Source: Longimicrobiales bacterium (lineage in GTDB: Bacteria > Gemmatimonadota > Gemmatimonadetes > Longimicrobiales > Gaopeijiaceae). Taken from it: a DNA stretch of 64,000 nt. A program made the translations under genes and the position numbers. Below the pieces are notes generated by a model. That model was not told the DNA's origin and searched no databases. It saw nothing but the letters and a program-made list of their open reading frames with translations. Below are positions 41,143 through 52,125 of this stretch, one piece after another; within the stretch, counting starts at the first letter, position 1; each line of letters begins with the position of its first letter. Location: the NCBI GenBank assembly GCA_965238005.1, contig OZ250165.1:4256001-4320000 (forward strand), read 5' to 3'.

Positions 41143-42443
41143 TTTCAGGAGTTAGGCACTTCTTCCGGTACTTCGTGACCAGGACGAGATGGTAGTGAGG
41201 GCTGTGGTGCGCATGAGCGGATCGCTCCAGGGCTTGCATGCCGATCCTGTTTGTAACGCATTGCTCGAGCAGTGGCGCAGTGCCTGGCGGCACCAGCGGC
41301 GGCGGCACCTGTCCTATACGGATCAGTGCCAAGAAATCACCCAGCTGAGAGGTGAGGCCCCTTCTGGCAGAAGTTCAATGCCCAGTCGATGCAGGTCACC
41401 GCGAAGCGCGTTGATGGGGCCTTCAAGTCATTCTTTCGGCGCCTGAGGCAGGGTGAGAAGGCGGGGTTCCCTCGGTACAAATCGCTGAGTCGCTTCACCG
41501 GGGGGATACAAGACGCACGGGGATGGCTGGCGCTTCACGCCTGATACCGATCACCGGCACCGGATCCGAAACGGCACGCTCCGGATCAGTGGGATCGGGG
41601 AGATGCGCGCCCGCGGCAGGATGCGTACCTATGGCATCCCGAAGACCTGCGAGATCGTCCAGGAAGACGGACGCTGGTATGCGTCGATCACGCTCCTGTG
41701 CTTCCCCGGGCGGGAGACCACCAACCAGACCGCAGGCCTAGACTGGGGAGTCTCGACCTTCGCCACGGTGGCCACGGCCCATGGCGGTGTAGCCCAGATC
41801 CAGAAGCCCAGACTGCTCCGGTCCGCAGAAGAGGCACTGGCCCAGGCGCAGCAGGTCCTTGCCCGCAAAACGAAGGGATCGAGGAACCGAAACAGAGCCC
41901 GTCGCAAGGCGGCCCGGCTGCACCGGAAGGTCCGGAACCAGCGCCTGGGCTTCCTGCATCAGGTGACCGCCCATCTCGTTCACCACTTCGGCTTTCTGGC
42001 CACGGAAGAGTTGGCGGTGGCGAACATGACGAAGTCAGCCCGGGGCACTGAGGAGGCTCCGGGCACGAATGTCCGGCAGAAGGCCGGACTGAACAAGTCC
42101 ATCCTGGACACCGCACCGGGAATGTTCCTCTCGATGCTTCGGTACAAAGCGGAAGAAGCTGGTGCCGAACTCGTGGAGGTGCCCACGCGGTCCTTGAAAC
42201 CCACGCAGCGTTGCGCACGGTGTTGGGAGACGACGAAGAAGTCGCTTTCCCAGCGCATCCATCACTGCGCACACTGTGGGTTCACCTTGGATCGCGATTG
42301 GAATGCAGCCCTGGTTGCGCTGATTCATGCCCTCAGAGGCGACGGCCGGGAACCGGCCGCATGTGTCCGTCTCCCCGCGTCAGGGGCGGGGTGGCACGAA
42401 ACTCCATGTCGAGCGGCCTAGCCGCTTACATGGAGTGGTTCAT
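41143..42443 (+). mobile_element. Decayed IS200/IS605-family element (tnpA remnant, frameshifted tnpB, right-end hairpin)
   Basis: Minus-strand YHLVLVTKYRKK; plus-strand TnpB; hairpin actccatgt..gagcggc-cta-gccgctt..acatggagt followed by ggttcat. Confidence 0.85.
41225..42421 (+). pseudogene. tnpB: TnpB RNA-guided endonuclease, 5'-truncated and frameshifted
   Basis: GFPRYK, RuvC GLDWG / ATEEL / DRDWNAA, Zn finger CARC..CAHC; frameshifts near 41360 and 41500. Confidence 0.85.
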
Positions 42444-44464
42444 TGCGTCACGGCCCGCGGCCGCTCCCACTTCTTGAACCACTTCCTCAGGTATAGCTGC
42501 GTCCGGAGGAAGTTCGAGGGGGTCGAGCTCGTGCCGTGCCACTCGTTCTTGTACCGCACCATGAGCGCGGGGACGTCCAAGACCCTGAGCGCCTGATAGA
42601 ACTCCTCGGTCTGCGGCATGGGCGTCCGGAGATCGCCCTCGCCCGTCATGAGCATGGTGGGGGTCGTGACGTTGCCCACGTACATGAGCGGGGAACGCCG
42701 CAGGTGCTCCGAGGGGTCGTCCCAGGGGTACTCCTCGAAGTTGCGGTACCAGCTCGCCCCGTCGGTGGTCCCCACGAACGACAGCCAGTTGGTCACCGGG
42801 CAGTTCGCCGAAGCGGCGGCGAAGCGATCCGTATGGCCCACGACCCACGAGGTCAGGACTCCACCGCCGGAGCATCCGTAGACGAACATGTTGTCCTCGT
42901 CTATGTACCCCTCGGCGATGACCTCGTCCACGCCGGCCATGAGGTCGTCGAAGTCCTGTCCGGGATAGGCGTTCTTGATGGCGTTGCCGAACTCGCTCCC
43001 GTATCCGGAGCTCCCCCGCGGGTTCGTGTACAGCACCACGTAACCGTTCGCGGCGTGGTTTTGCCAAGCAAAGTTGAAGCCCACGTTGTACATGCCGTGG
43101 GGCCCCCCGTGGATCGAGAGGATCAGAGGATATTTCTGTGAGGGGTCGAAGTTCGGCGGCTTTATGATCCATCCCTGGATGTCGTAGTCGCCCACCGACT
43201 TGTACCAGATCTCTTCCACGTCGCCCAGCGTGACGCCCACGAGGACGTCGCTGTTCACATGTGTGAGGAGACGCCTCACGCCCGGGTTTCTCAGGTCGAA
43301 GCTCACGATGTCCGGGGGCTCGTGATAACTGCTCACGGTGCCCACGGCCGTCCCGCCCTTGTCGATGGACGACACGGAGAGCATGTGGCTCCCGTCGGTG
43401 ATCGCGCGGGGCTCACCGTCGAGGGGCACGAACCAGAGGTTCCGCGTCCCACGCATGCTCGCGTTGAAGTAGACGCCACTGCCGTCGGCGGCCCAGGTGA
43501 CGCTACCCAGCCTGCGGCCCAGCTCTCCGGCCAGGCGGCGCGGGCTAGAGCCGTCGGCATTCATGACGTAGAGCCCGGTCTCACGGTATGTGTCTTCGTG
43601 GAAGTCCACGCCCTGGTAGGCGATGAGGCGACCGTCCGGCGAAGGCACCGGGCTCTGGTCCGGGCCGTGTCGCGTGGTGAGCGGGCTGATCACGCCGCTG
43701 GCGACGTCCACCTCGTAGATCTCGGACTCACGCCAAACGTACTCAGCCTTCTCCACCCTCAGCGAGCTGAACAACAGGCTCGCGCCGTCGGACATCCACT
43801 CGGGTGCGCTGTGATTCCAGTCACCGTCCGAGAGCTGCCGCGGCGTGCCCCCTTCGGCGGGGACGACGAAGACGTGCGTATAGCCGTCGTCGATGTATCC
43901 TCGGCGGTCACGCCGGTACTGGAGGCGCTCCACCACCTTGGGACCTTCCGTCCACTCCGCGCTTTCGGGCGGGTCCAGCAGATCGTCCGTCCATTCGCTG
44001 TCGGGGGACTCGACCGTCATGGTGAAGGCGATCTGGGTTCCGTCCGGGGACCACCTCAGGTTGCCCGGTGAGCGGTCGACGCGGGTGATCTGGGTGGTGG
44101 CCGCCTCGGCGTCCATCCAACGGACGAAGATCTGCGCGTCCCCGGCGTCGCTTTCGTCCGTGAAGGCGATGCGGGAGCCGTCGGGTGACCACGTAGGCGC
44201 CGAGCCATCTACCAGGAAGCGGTTCCTCGTGCCGTCGGCGTTCATGATCCAAACGGACGAGCGGCGCCGATCCTTCATCTTGTCCACCCACGCCCGGGTG
44301 TAGACGATCTGGCTGCCGTCGGGGGAGATCTGCGGGCCGCTCACCCACTCCCAATCGAGGTACGTCTCCAGGCTCAGCGTCCCCTCGGGTGCCTGGGCAC
44401 CTGAGGCGGCGGGCAGAAGGAGAGAGACGGCGAGCAGGGCGAACGTGCGGCCTCTGGTGAGCAT
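42440..44464 (-). CDS. S9-family (dipeptidyl aminopeptidase/acylaminoacyl) peptidase
   Basis: Signal peptide, PD40 repeats WSPDG, IHGGP, GCSGGG, D.RTP, EWHG. Confidence 0.93.
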   Translation of the reverse strand: MLTRGRTFALLAVSLLLPAASGAQAPEGTLSLETYLDWEWVSGPQISPDGSQIVYTRAWVDKMKDRRRSSVWIMNADGTRNRFLVDGSAPTWSPDGSRIAFTDESDAGDAQIFVRWMDAEAATTQITRVDRSPGNLRWSPDGTQIAFTMTVESPDSEWTDDLLDPPESAEWTEGPKVVERLQYRRDRRGYIDDGYTHVFVVPAEGGTPRQLSDGDWNHSAPEWMSDGASLLFSSLRVEKAEYVWRESEIYEVDVASGVISPLTTRHGPDQSPVPSPDGRLIAYQGVDFHEDTYRETGLYVMNADGSSPRRLAGELGRRLGSVTWAADGSGVYFNASMRGTRNLWFVPLDGEPRAITDGSHMLSVSSIDKGGTAVGTVSSYHEPPDIVSFDLRNPGVRRLLTHVNSDVLVGVTLGDVEEIWYKSVGDYDIQGWIIKPPNFDPSQKYPLILSIHGGPHGMYNVGFNFAWQNHAANGYVVLYTNPRGSSGYGSEFGNAIKNAYPGQDFDDLMAGVDEVIAEGYIDEDNMFVYGCSGGGVLTSWVVGHTDRFAAASANCPVTNWLSFVGTTDGASWYRNFEEYPWDDPSEHLRRSPLMYVGNVTTPTMLMTGEGDLRTPMPQTEEFYQALRVLDVPALMVRYKNEWHGTSSTPSNFLRTQLYLRKWFKKWERPRAVTQ

Positions 44465-44558
44465 GAAGGCCTCCTGGTTGTTGGTGCGGACCACACTGCG
44501 GGCGGCAAGAGGGCTTGCCGCAGGCCCGGGAAGGCAAGATAGGGGTCGGCCGCTTCTG

Positions 44559-45053
44559 CTACCAGTTCTCCGGGGACAGTGCCGGAGCGTTGCGGGGTGG
44601 GGTCCAAAAGAACGGCAGCAAGGTCACCAGGCTTCCGTTGGCGATCCCCTCACCGGGGCTCAGCCAGGCCAGGAAGGCGACATGCAGGCACATGACCACG
44701 ACCAGAAGGATCACCTCTGACGGGCTCGGGAAGAACGCGAAATCGAAGAAGCCGGTGGCGGTGGGTACCATGGGCTCCGAGCAGCTCGGACAGGTGTCGG
44801 GCATGGGCAGCAGCGCATCACGCAACCAGAGCCCGACACTGAGGAGGATGAGAGTCAGGGCGAGCTCTCCGATGAAACCCACAGGCCAGTGCCACCATCG
44901 GGCCTCGAGGATCACTCCGTGGGCTCCCGAGATGAAGACGAGGCCGCCAGCGGCCAGCCATATGAAGAACAGGAGGGACGTCGGGGTCACGCGGGACCAG
45001 AGGTCTCCGCAGCTGACGCACGCCCGTTCCACGTAGGAGCCGGAGAAGATCAT
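44559..45053 (-). CDS. Hypothetical membrane protein with two CxxC motifs
   Basis: CVSCG, CPSCS, hydrophobic segments. Confidence 0.5.
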   Translation of the reverse strand: MIFSGSYVERACVSCGDLWSRVTPTSLLFFIWLAAGGLVFISGAHGVILEARWWHWPVGFIGELALTLILLSVGLWLRDALLPMPDTCPSCSEPMVPTATGFFDFAFFPSPSEVILLVVVMCLHVAFLAWLSPGEGIANGSLVTLLPFFWTPPRNAPALSPENW

Positions 45054-45059
45054 ACGGGG

Positions 45060-45726
45060 CTACTCCCAGTCCGCCACGAGGCGTTTCTCGGCCACTTCGA
45101 GGGCGTCGGCCATGCTCATGTCGAGGGCCCGGAGCCGGTGATCCTCGGCGAGGCACTCGAACATCTCGTCATGGAACGCCAGCAGGTAGTGGCGAGTGTC
45201 CTTCCACCGTGCGGGGTCGAAGCCCCTGTGCACGCTCTGGATGCGTATCTCCTGGGCGAGCCACATGGAGTTGGCGACGACGTAGGCGCCGTATCCCCCG
45301 AATCCCTTTCCCGTCAAAGGATGGCCGCCGAACACCTCGTCGTTGGGACCGCCGAACTTGAAGGCGTAGCACCTGACCAACTCCACGAGTGCGATCTGTC
45401 CCGGCGTGTCGACACCGACGACCTTCACGTACGTCCCATCCCATCCGGGATCCGGCTCAGCGATGTGGTAGAGCAGGAGCGTCATGCGCCCCGAGGAGAG
45501 GACGTGGGGCAGGGGTGCTCCGTTGTCCCAGGGCATCTTCCATTCGATCTCCAACGCGGCCTCCTCGCCGTTTGGCTTGCGCCAGATCCCGCTCGGCCCG
45601 CAGGAGCGCCGCGTGTGCGTCGAGGTAGTCCTTCCAATTGGATGGACCGGAGCCCTCCTGACTGCGCTGCAACGCTTCGTCGACGAGAAGCTTCGCCCTC
45701 GTCAATCGGCGCTCGTATCCGCTCAT
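45060..45726 (-). pseudogene. Conserved hypothetical protein (GPNDE..HP..FHD..FEC family), frameshifted near 45570
   Basis: MSGYERR...AERDLAQAK continues in another frame as GEEAALEIEW...FGGPNDE..GHPL..NSMW..FHDEMFEC. Confidence 0.6.
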
Positions 45727-46207
45727 ATCTTGGTTACTGCTCCCATCCCGCCGTGCCCTGAAAAGGCGTGTCCGGCTCAAGGCGTGGACCCCTATGTGGT
45801 CAAACCCCGTGCCACGGCGCCTTGGAAGCGGTCTGGAAAGCGCGTGACGTGCCGCGGCGCTGGGCGTTGGTGGGACGCCACGGACGGGACGAGGGCGCGC
45901 CGACGACGAGGCCGGAAGTCGGTCTTGTCGGTGTTTTGCGCGACGTCTGGCACTTTACTGGATGGTGACGGTCTTGGCGGAGCTGCTGCTCGGAGCTCTT
46001 CCCCCGACGCTGAGTGGGTCACCTACACTCTGGTCCCCAGGGTCGAGGAGGGGGGCCGGAATCTCGAACTGGATGAGCGACTATGGGACGGCGGATGTGC
46101 CCCGGACCAAAGAGACCGGGTTTCTTCGGGACGCCGTGGACCGAGGAGGGTAGGGAACGGCTCCTGAAACAGTCCACGGGCCATCAGCCTCCGTGGGGGG
46201 TAGCGGC

Positions 46208-47047
46208 TCAAGCCATCCGGGATCGCACCGTGAGATAGGCGAGCCCCGAAGAGAGGTCGGGATGCGAGGCGTCCCCAAGGTTCGGTGAAAGGGACCCGAG
46301 TAGTTCGGCAAGCGCGGTCGTGGCGTAGGAGAACCCTGTCCGGTGAGGGGATCCTGGTGGCACGACCAGCCGGACGCCGCGAAGCCTCATGTCCACCAGA
46401 CGTCGATCGAAGTGCGCATTGTGGAAGCGGGCTTCGCACTCCTTCACGACATTGAAAATGCCGAACGGTCCGGCCAGGTCCTGGGGCAACGCCGACACGT
46501 CGGTGACGCCGTTGACGATTGAGATCCTGCGCAGTCCCTCGTCCGAGGGCAGGTAAAGGTCGAGAAAGGCCGAGAAGTCAGACGCGCCCTCTTCGGCGCC
46601 GAGATTCGGAGTGCGGCGGCGTAGGCGTCCTCTGCTCGACAACTGAGCGGATATGGAGGTTCCGGTCCGCTGCGCTTGTCCTTCTGATGGGTGGGGGCGA
46701 CCGAATACTGCGATGGCTGGAGTGTCGTAGGCGACCATCCGTTCGGAGCCATTCCCGTCGATGCACAGACCGTCGTCCTCGAAGGCGACCGAGACCGCGG
46801 GACTCTGAGGGGGAATGTCGACGAGGTCGCTGCTCTCCACCACGACCGTCCTGAGCCCGGCCTCCGTGAGAGCGGCGGCGGTCTCCTCCAGGGCGGCCCG
46901 GTCCTCCTGAGCGAACCATATCTCGGGCACCTTGTAGGCGGCCTTCATCCGCACCTCGGCCGCAGTGAGGTGGAAGTGCGGCGCTGCTGAGATCGGATCC
47001 ACTTCGTTGTGGGGAGGATCTGATACGAGGAGTGACCGAGGATCCAT
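46208..47047 (-). CDS. Hypothetical protein
   Basis: 279-aa ORF with protein-like composition. Confidence 0.6.
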   Translation of the reverse strand: MDPRSLLVSDPPHNEVDPISAAPHFHLTAAEVRMKAAYKVPEIWFAQEDRAALEETAAALTEAGLRTVVVESSDLVDIPPQSPAVSVAFEDDGLCIDGNGSERMVAYDTPAIAVFGRPHPSEGQAQRTGTSISAQLSSRGRLRRRTPNLGAEEGASDFSAFLDLYLPSDEGLRRISIVNGVTDVSALPQDLAGPFGIFNVVKECEARFHNAHFDRRLVDMRLRGVRLVVPPGSPHRTGFSYATTALAELLGSLSPNLGDASHPDLSSGLAYLTVRSRMA

Positions 47048-47141
47048 GTTTTCAAGCTATGTCGCCGGTCGCACACCCGCCACGAAAAAGAGGGCAGCGC
47101 TGGGAAGGTCCGAATTGGTTCCTCGCGTCTTCGCGCGCGGG

Positions 47142-49022
47142 CTATCGATGGTTGACGCTACGCACAGCACCTATTCGGCGAACTTCGCCTACTAAGCCAT
47201 TCTTTGATTCGGTCTTGCCGCCTAAAACGTGTCTTTCGCCGCCTTTCGTCTCGGACAGCCATTTGCTCGCCGATTTCGAGGTCCTAGAGCGGAATCCCTT
47301 GGACGATATCCGCACCACGGACTCGATCACCTCCGTCTTTCGATGAGGACGGTGACGGCGGAGCTGAGTTCCCGGGAGAGCAGCCTGGGCCGCCCCCGCC
47401 CGCCTCAGGCGTTCCTCTACGTCGCTCAACGCTTCCGGATCGTGTCCGCCGGCGCGCAGGACGCGCTCGTACGAGCGCATCCACTCGACGCTGCGGTACT
47501 GCCTCTCCTCGAGCAGCTCCTTCAGGAGCGCGCCCGCCCGCTCCAGCTCGGCGCGCTCGCCGTAGAGCGTGGCCAGCCAGTACCGCGGATAGTCCGACCA
47601 CCCCGTTCGCGAGCGCCCGGGCTCCCTCGGGATCAGATACTCGAGCTGCTCGATGCGCTCGTCGAGACTCAGGTCGATCGTAGGAGTGAGGATGTCGCCC
47701 TGGCGCCCGACGTACGCGTAAAACACGTCGAGCGCGCTCGCGATGGAGGCGGCGTGAATGTGCCGTGACCACACATCATCGGCGGTAGCCCGCTCTGCCG
47801 CCCGGCGGTATTCGCGTACCGCGTCGGCGCAGGCCCGGGGGGCGTCCGGGCCGTCGTCGTCGCGCCCGGCGTACGGGCACGAATGGATCTCGGACAGCGA
47901 CCGGGCCAGGTAGAAGGCCTACCGCGCCTCGTTCGGATCGACGGTCGCGGCGCTCCGGATCAGGTCGATGCCCTCAGGATCGTGACGCACGACGGCTTTG
48001 ATCAGACCCAGCTCCGCGAGCACCTGCGGGGTGTCGGGCGACGCGGCGAGTGCCGCCTCGAGCAGCGGGATCGCCTCGGCGACGCGCGGTCCGCTGGTCT
48101 TGAGCAAGAGCGCTTCCTCGAGCAGCAGGCCCGGGTCGCCCTGGAGCCCAGCGTCCAGGATCAGCAGCCGGTGGACGAGCGCGTACGCGCCCTCGATGGC
48201 CGAATCAGGAATGGCGGCGAAACCCTCGTAGTCTCCCCGCAGACCCACGTCGGGAAATCCGCCGTGACCGAACGCCTGAAGGAGCAGCTTCTGCGTCGTC
48301 GCCGAGACGAGCCGCCGAAGGGCCCCCGTGTGCTCGGTATCCGCATCGAGCGCCCTCCGGTATTCGGCGATGGCCGGATCGTAGGCCTCGTCGGCGGCGA
48401 AGCGGTCGCCCCCGTCGATGTGGGCCGCCACCCGGGCGCGAACCTCGCGGCCGGTCCGTATCGAGGCCGCTCCGAAGTACAGCCCGAGCGCCACCGCGGC
48501 GACGGCGATCGCCGCGAACCCCAGGCGCCGCAGGGTCGAGCGCCTGGCCGGTCGCACTGGCTCGGCGCCCGCCGACTCGAGTGCCTCGATCAGCCGGTCG
48601 ACGTCGGCGTGAAACCGCCCGTCGGAGATCTCGATGGCCTGGTGGCGGAACAGCGGCGCGAGCTCGGCCGGCACATCGCCGGGCTCGGGAATGCCCGCGC
48701 CGCCCACCAGCACGGGCAGCAGGGTGACGCCCCGGTCCAGCGCCGTTACGACCTCGAGTCGTACGAAGTCGTTCGGCTGCTCCAGCTTCCGTCGGCCCTG
48801 CCCGTCCTTGAAGTCGGCCCAATCGGGGCCGACGAGCACGACGAGTGCGCCGCAGTTCTCCAGTGCCTTCCGCAGGGCCCGGGCGAAGTCCTGCCCCGGG
48901 TCGATGTCGTCCACGTCCATGAAGACGCGGTCCGGCCCGAAGTGGTGACTCAGGCGATCGTACACCCGCCCCGCGTCCGCGCGGCTATCGCCGCGGCGGT
49001 AGCTGATGAAGATGTCGAACAT
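47142..49022 (-). pseudogene. TIR-domain + TM + TPR protein with in-frame TAG at 47919-47921
   Basis: FDIFISYRR.D...VFMDVDDI.PG.DF...DFVRLEV; TPR DPNEAR*AFYLARSL continues in frame into 47142..47774. Confidence 0.8.
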
Positions 49023-49169
49023 GGTCCGCAAAAATGCCGGTCCCGGTGGGGATAGGCAAAGGGAACATCACGGCGGAAAAGTCCATGCCGCCTGCTACCG
49101 GTGCTGGTGTGCTACTGCCCCTATTCGAACGCCTGTAGGGGACAGCCTGAGGAAAGCGGAAACATATTC

Positions 49170-50450
49170 CTATTGAGAGGTCGACCGTAGTCGGTCGGAT
49201 TCCACGAATGAACCGTCGAGGGCACCGAGGGAGGGAACCCCGTGCAGCTGCATCGCGATCCGTAACTCTGTCTGCAGAATCTCGAGCACCTTCTCGACGC
49301 CTTCCTGGCCAAACGCCGCCATGCCCCAGATGTATGGACGGCCGATACAGATGGCGTCAGCTCCGAGTGCCATGGCTTTCAGGATATCGGTACCGCGTCG
49401 AAACCCCCCATCGATAAGGATGGGTATGCGGCCGCGCACGGCGTTCACGACTTCGGGAAGGCTTTCGATCGTGCTCCGGCCGCTGGCGTCGGCCCGCCCA
49501 CCGTGATTGGAGACGATGATGCCGTCGGCCCCGTACTGCACGCACCGCTCGGCGTCATCGTCCCGCATGATGCCTTTGACGAGCACATTGAGGTCCGTGG
49601 TGTCCTTGAGACGGCGCACGAAATGCCAGGTCATGGTTGGAGTATCGAAATTTACGCGCTGCATGTCGAGCCCGTCGAACATCGGTTTCCGGGCGAGCCA
49701 TCCGGTAGGGAAGCTCATCGGGTCGTCGTCGGCCGGCGCGTCGTCATGGCATGCGCTGCAGTCGCGCGTATCGATCCGGGCGTACCGGGTCGCAGTTTCC
49801 CGGTTGCTCCCTACCGGCAAGTCGACCGTCAACACGATCGCTTCGCACCCCGCACCCTCGGCCCGGCGGATCAACGCCTCCGTCACCTCCCAGCTCGACG
49901 TCGCGTACAGCTGGTACCAGGCCGGCCGTTCGCGGGCGGCGTTGACGTCCTCGACGGACGTGGTCGTGACGGTGGACAGGATCTGGTGGTGGCCCCGGGC
50001 GCTCGATGCGCGCGCGGCCGCCAGTTCGCCTTCGAGGTGAAACGCCTTCTGGCTGCCGACCGGTGACAACACAATCGGCGTATCCCATCGCTGACCGAGC
50101 AACTCGATGCTCATGTCGATCCGGGAGACGTCGACCAGGCGCCGGGGCCGGAGATTGAAACGTTCGAATCCGTCGCGGTTGGCCCGGAGCGTTTCGTCGC
50201 CATCGACGCCGGTGGCGAGATATCCGTAGTGAGCCGGGGGGAGGGCGGCCTGCGCCGCCGCCTGGAAGTCCAGCACGTTGATCGCGTCACCGGCCGACGC
50301 GAGTCGAGATGTCAGGTCAGGAAGGAGTTCGGATCCGGACGTCTCGTCACGTGATGGTTCGCAGCCAGGCAAACCGAGCAGGGGTAACAGGGGGCTGCCC
50401 GCGAGGAAACGCAGGAACGATCGTCGGTTTGGGTTGACGGAATCCGACAT
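49170..50450 (-). CDS. FMN-dependent alpha-hydroxy-acid oxidase with Tat signal
   Basis: NRRSFLR, WYQLY, LTVD, VKG, SNHGGR, DGGFRRGTD. Confidence 0.92.
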   Translation of the reverse strand: MSDSVNPNRRSFLRFLAGSPLLPLLGLPGCEPSRDETSGSELLPDLTSRLASAGDAINVLDFQAAAQAALPPAHYGYLATGVDGDETLRANRDGFERFNLRPRRLVDVSRIDMSIELLGQRWDTPIVLSPVGSQKAFHLEGELAAARASSARGHHQILSTVTTTSVEDVNAARERPAWYQLYATSSWEVTEALIRRAEGAGCEAIVLTVDLPVGSNRETATRYARIDTRDCSACHDDAPADDDPMSFPTGWLARKPMFDGLDMQRVNFDTPTMTWHFVRRLKDTTDLNVLVKGIMRDDDAERCVQYGADGIIVSNHGGRADASGRSTIESLPEVVNAVRGRIPILIDGGFRRGTDILKAMALGADAICIGRPYIWGMAAFGQEGVEKVLEILQTELRIAMQLHGVPSLGALDGSFVESDRLRSTSQ

Positions 50451-50910
50451 GTGGTCCTCCGGAATCGGTGGCGCGGTATCATATCGTTTGGTCCACTGAT
50501 ACACTAGCACCAGCCGGGCGCCGGACGTCACTCATGACCGCACAACCAAGACCATGAGCCCCCAGGGGACCCGCGGTTCGTCTAGGTAGCGGAGGAGGGA
50601 CTCGACGCCGAAGCGAGCGAGCGCGCCCCCGGCGCGCGACCCGAAGCGAGCGCCAGCACCAGCGACCGCTCTTGTGTCGCACCCGGTGTGAACCCGGAGG
50701 TTTAGTTGAAGTCGTGATTCAATGTGTGCGGGCCACATCCGCGAACGAACTTGTTCTTATAGTGTGCCACGGATGATCATCGACTTCACCGCTATGGGTG
50801 ATGATGAGGTTGGGCGATGGCTGGACTGATGCGAAGCCGCTAGTTGCCCACCCGTTCCGCCATCCGCCAGGCCCGCCTCCGAGCCCCGGTCGGCTCGCCC
50901 CTTCGCCCCC

Positions 50911-52125
50911 TTACGCTGCCTCGGAGCCGTGTTCGCCGGCGGCGATCACGCCCGCATCGGCAAGCACAGGGCCGAACACGTCCACCGCACTTCGCATGTC
51001 GTCGATCGTGCTGATTGAGATGCGGGCCCACTCGTCTTGGTAGGGCGGAAAGTTGCGCCCCACCCGGATGTTCCGATCGGCGCAGGCAGTCCTGAAAGCG
51101 TCCGCCGGCATGCCTGTCCTCGCAAAAATGAAGTTCGTCTGCGAGCCCGTGGCATCGAGATTTCGGGCCTTGAACCAGTCGATGGTGAACTGGCGGGCCT
51201 CTGTGTTCCGCTCGCTCTCGGCGTAGATACGATCCGGGTCCTGGATCGAGGCCGTCGCGCCGAGCAGCGACGGGATGTTGAGGCTCAGCCCGTAGTGCCA
51301 GGTGCGCATCTTGCGGATGGCGTCCGGATGCGCCACGACCCAGCCGATGCGCATGCCCGCCATGCCGTGCGCCTTGGAGAAGGTACGGGCAACGATGACC
51401 CGGGCTTCCTTGACCGCGCGCGGAATCTGCGTCTCGTGCTGCGGGTTGGTCACGTAGTCGTGGTAGGCCTCGTCGACCATGATCATCGCGTCGGTCTCAC
51501 TGAGCACACGCTCGATGAGCGTCCCCACCGCGTCGGCGTCATGCAGCGTGGCAGTGGGATTGTTGGGATTGTTCAGGAAGACCATCCCCGCGCCCCTGGC
51601 CGCGTCGGCCATGGCGTCGAGGTTGATCATCATGTTGTCGTCGAGCGGCAGCGCCTCCACCGGATGACCGATGAGCTGGGCGTAACCGGGCGCTTCCTCG
51701 TACGACGGGGCTGCCGTTACCAGGGGCCTCGTCGGCGAGGTGAAGACCTGCGTCGCCGTGCGAAGGAGCTGCGTCGATCCGTTCCCGATCATCACGTAAT
51801 CGGTCTGGACGTCGTTCATCTTGGCGATCGTCGTCGCCAGCTCCCTGTTGGCCTCGAAGGGGTATCGGCCGGCCCTGGGACCACTGGCGAGCGCGTCGTT
51901 CATCGCCCTCTGGACGCGGTCACCTGGACCGAGCGGGTTTTCGTTGTTGTGCAGGAGCATGGGGCGCTCCTGCAGGGGAAGCGCCAATGACGCGGCGCGC
52001 GCCCATGCGCGTGAGCCGTCGAACGACATGATGGCGGCGGCGGTGGTGCCGATCCCGACGCTCTTAACGAACGACCGGCGAGAGACGTTCATCGGGCCAT
52101 CCTGGACCTTCTCGTGGGCCTTCAT
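50911..52125 (-). CDS. HisC-like class I/II PLP aminotransferase with Tat signal
   Basis: SRRSFVK, NENPLG, NPNNPT, DEAY, RTFSKAHGMAGMRIG. Confidence 0.9.
   Translation of the reverse strand: MKAHEKVQDGPMNVSRRSFVKSVGIGTTAAAIMSFDGSRAWARAASLALPLQERPMLLHNNENPLGPGDRVQRAMNDALASGPRAGRYPFEANRELATTIAKMNDVQTDYVMIGNGSTQLLRTATQVFTSPTRPLVTAAPSYEEAPGYAQLIGHPVEALPLDDNMMINLDAMADAARGAGMVFLNNPNNPTATLHDADAVGTLIERVLSETDAMIMVDEAYHDYVTNPQHETQIPRAVKEARVIVARTFSKAHGMAGMRIGWVVAHPDAIRKMRTWHYGLSLNIPSLLGATASIQDPDRIYAESERNTEARQFTIDWFKARNLDATGSQTNFIFARTGMPADAFRTACADRNIRVGRNFPPYQDEWARISISTIDDMRSAVDVFGPVLADAGVIAAGEHGSEAA

Noticed and set aside
47919..47921. Pyrrolysine or amber read-through in the TIR-TPR gene
   Set aside because: No pyl genes or methyltransferase context; the position fits TAC to TAG
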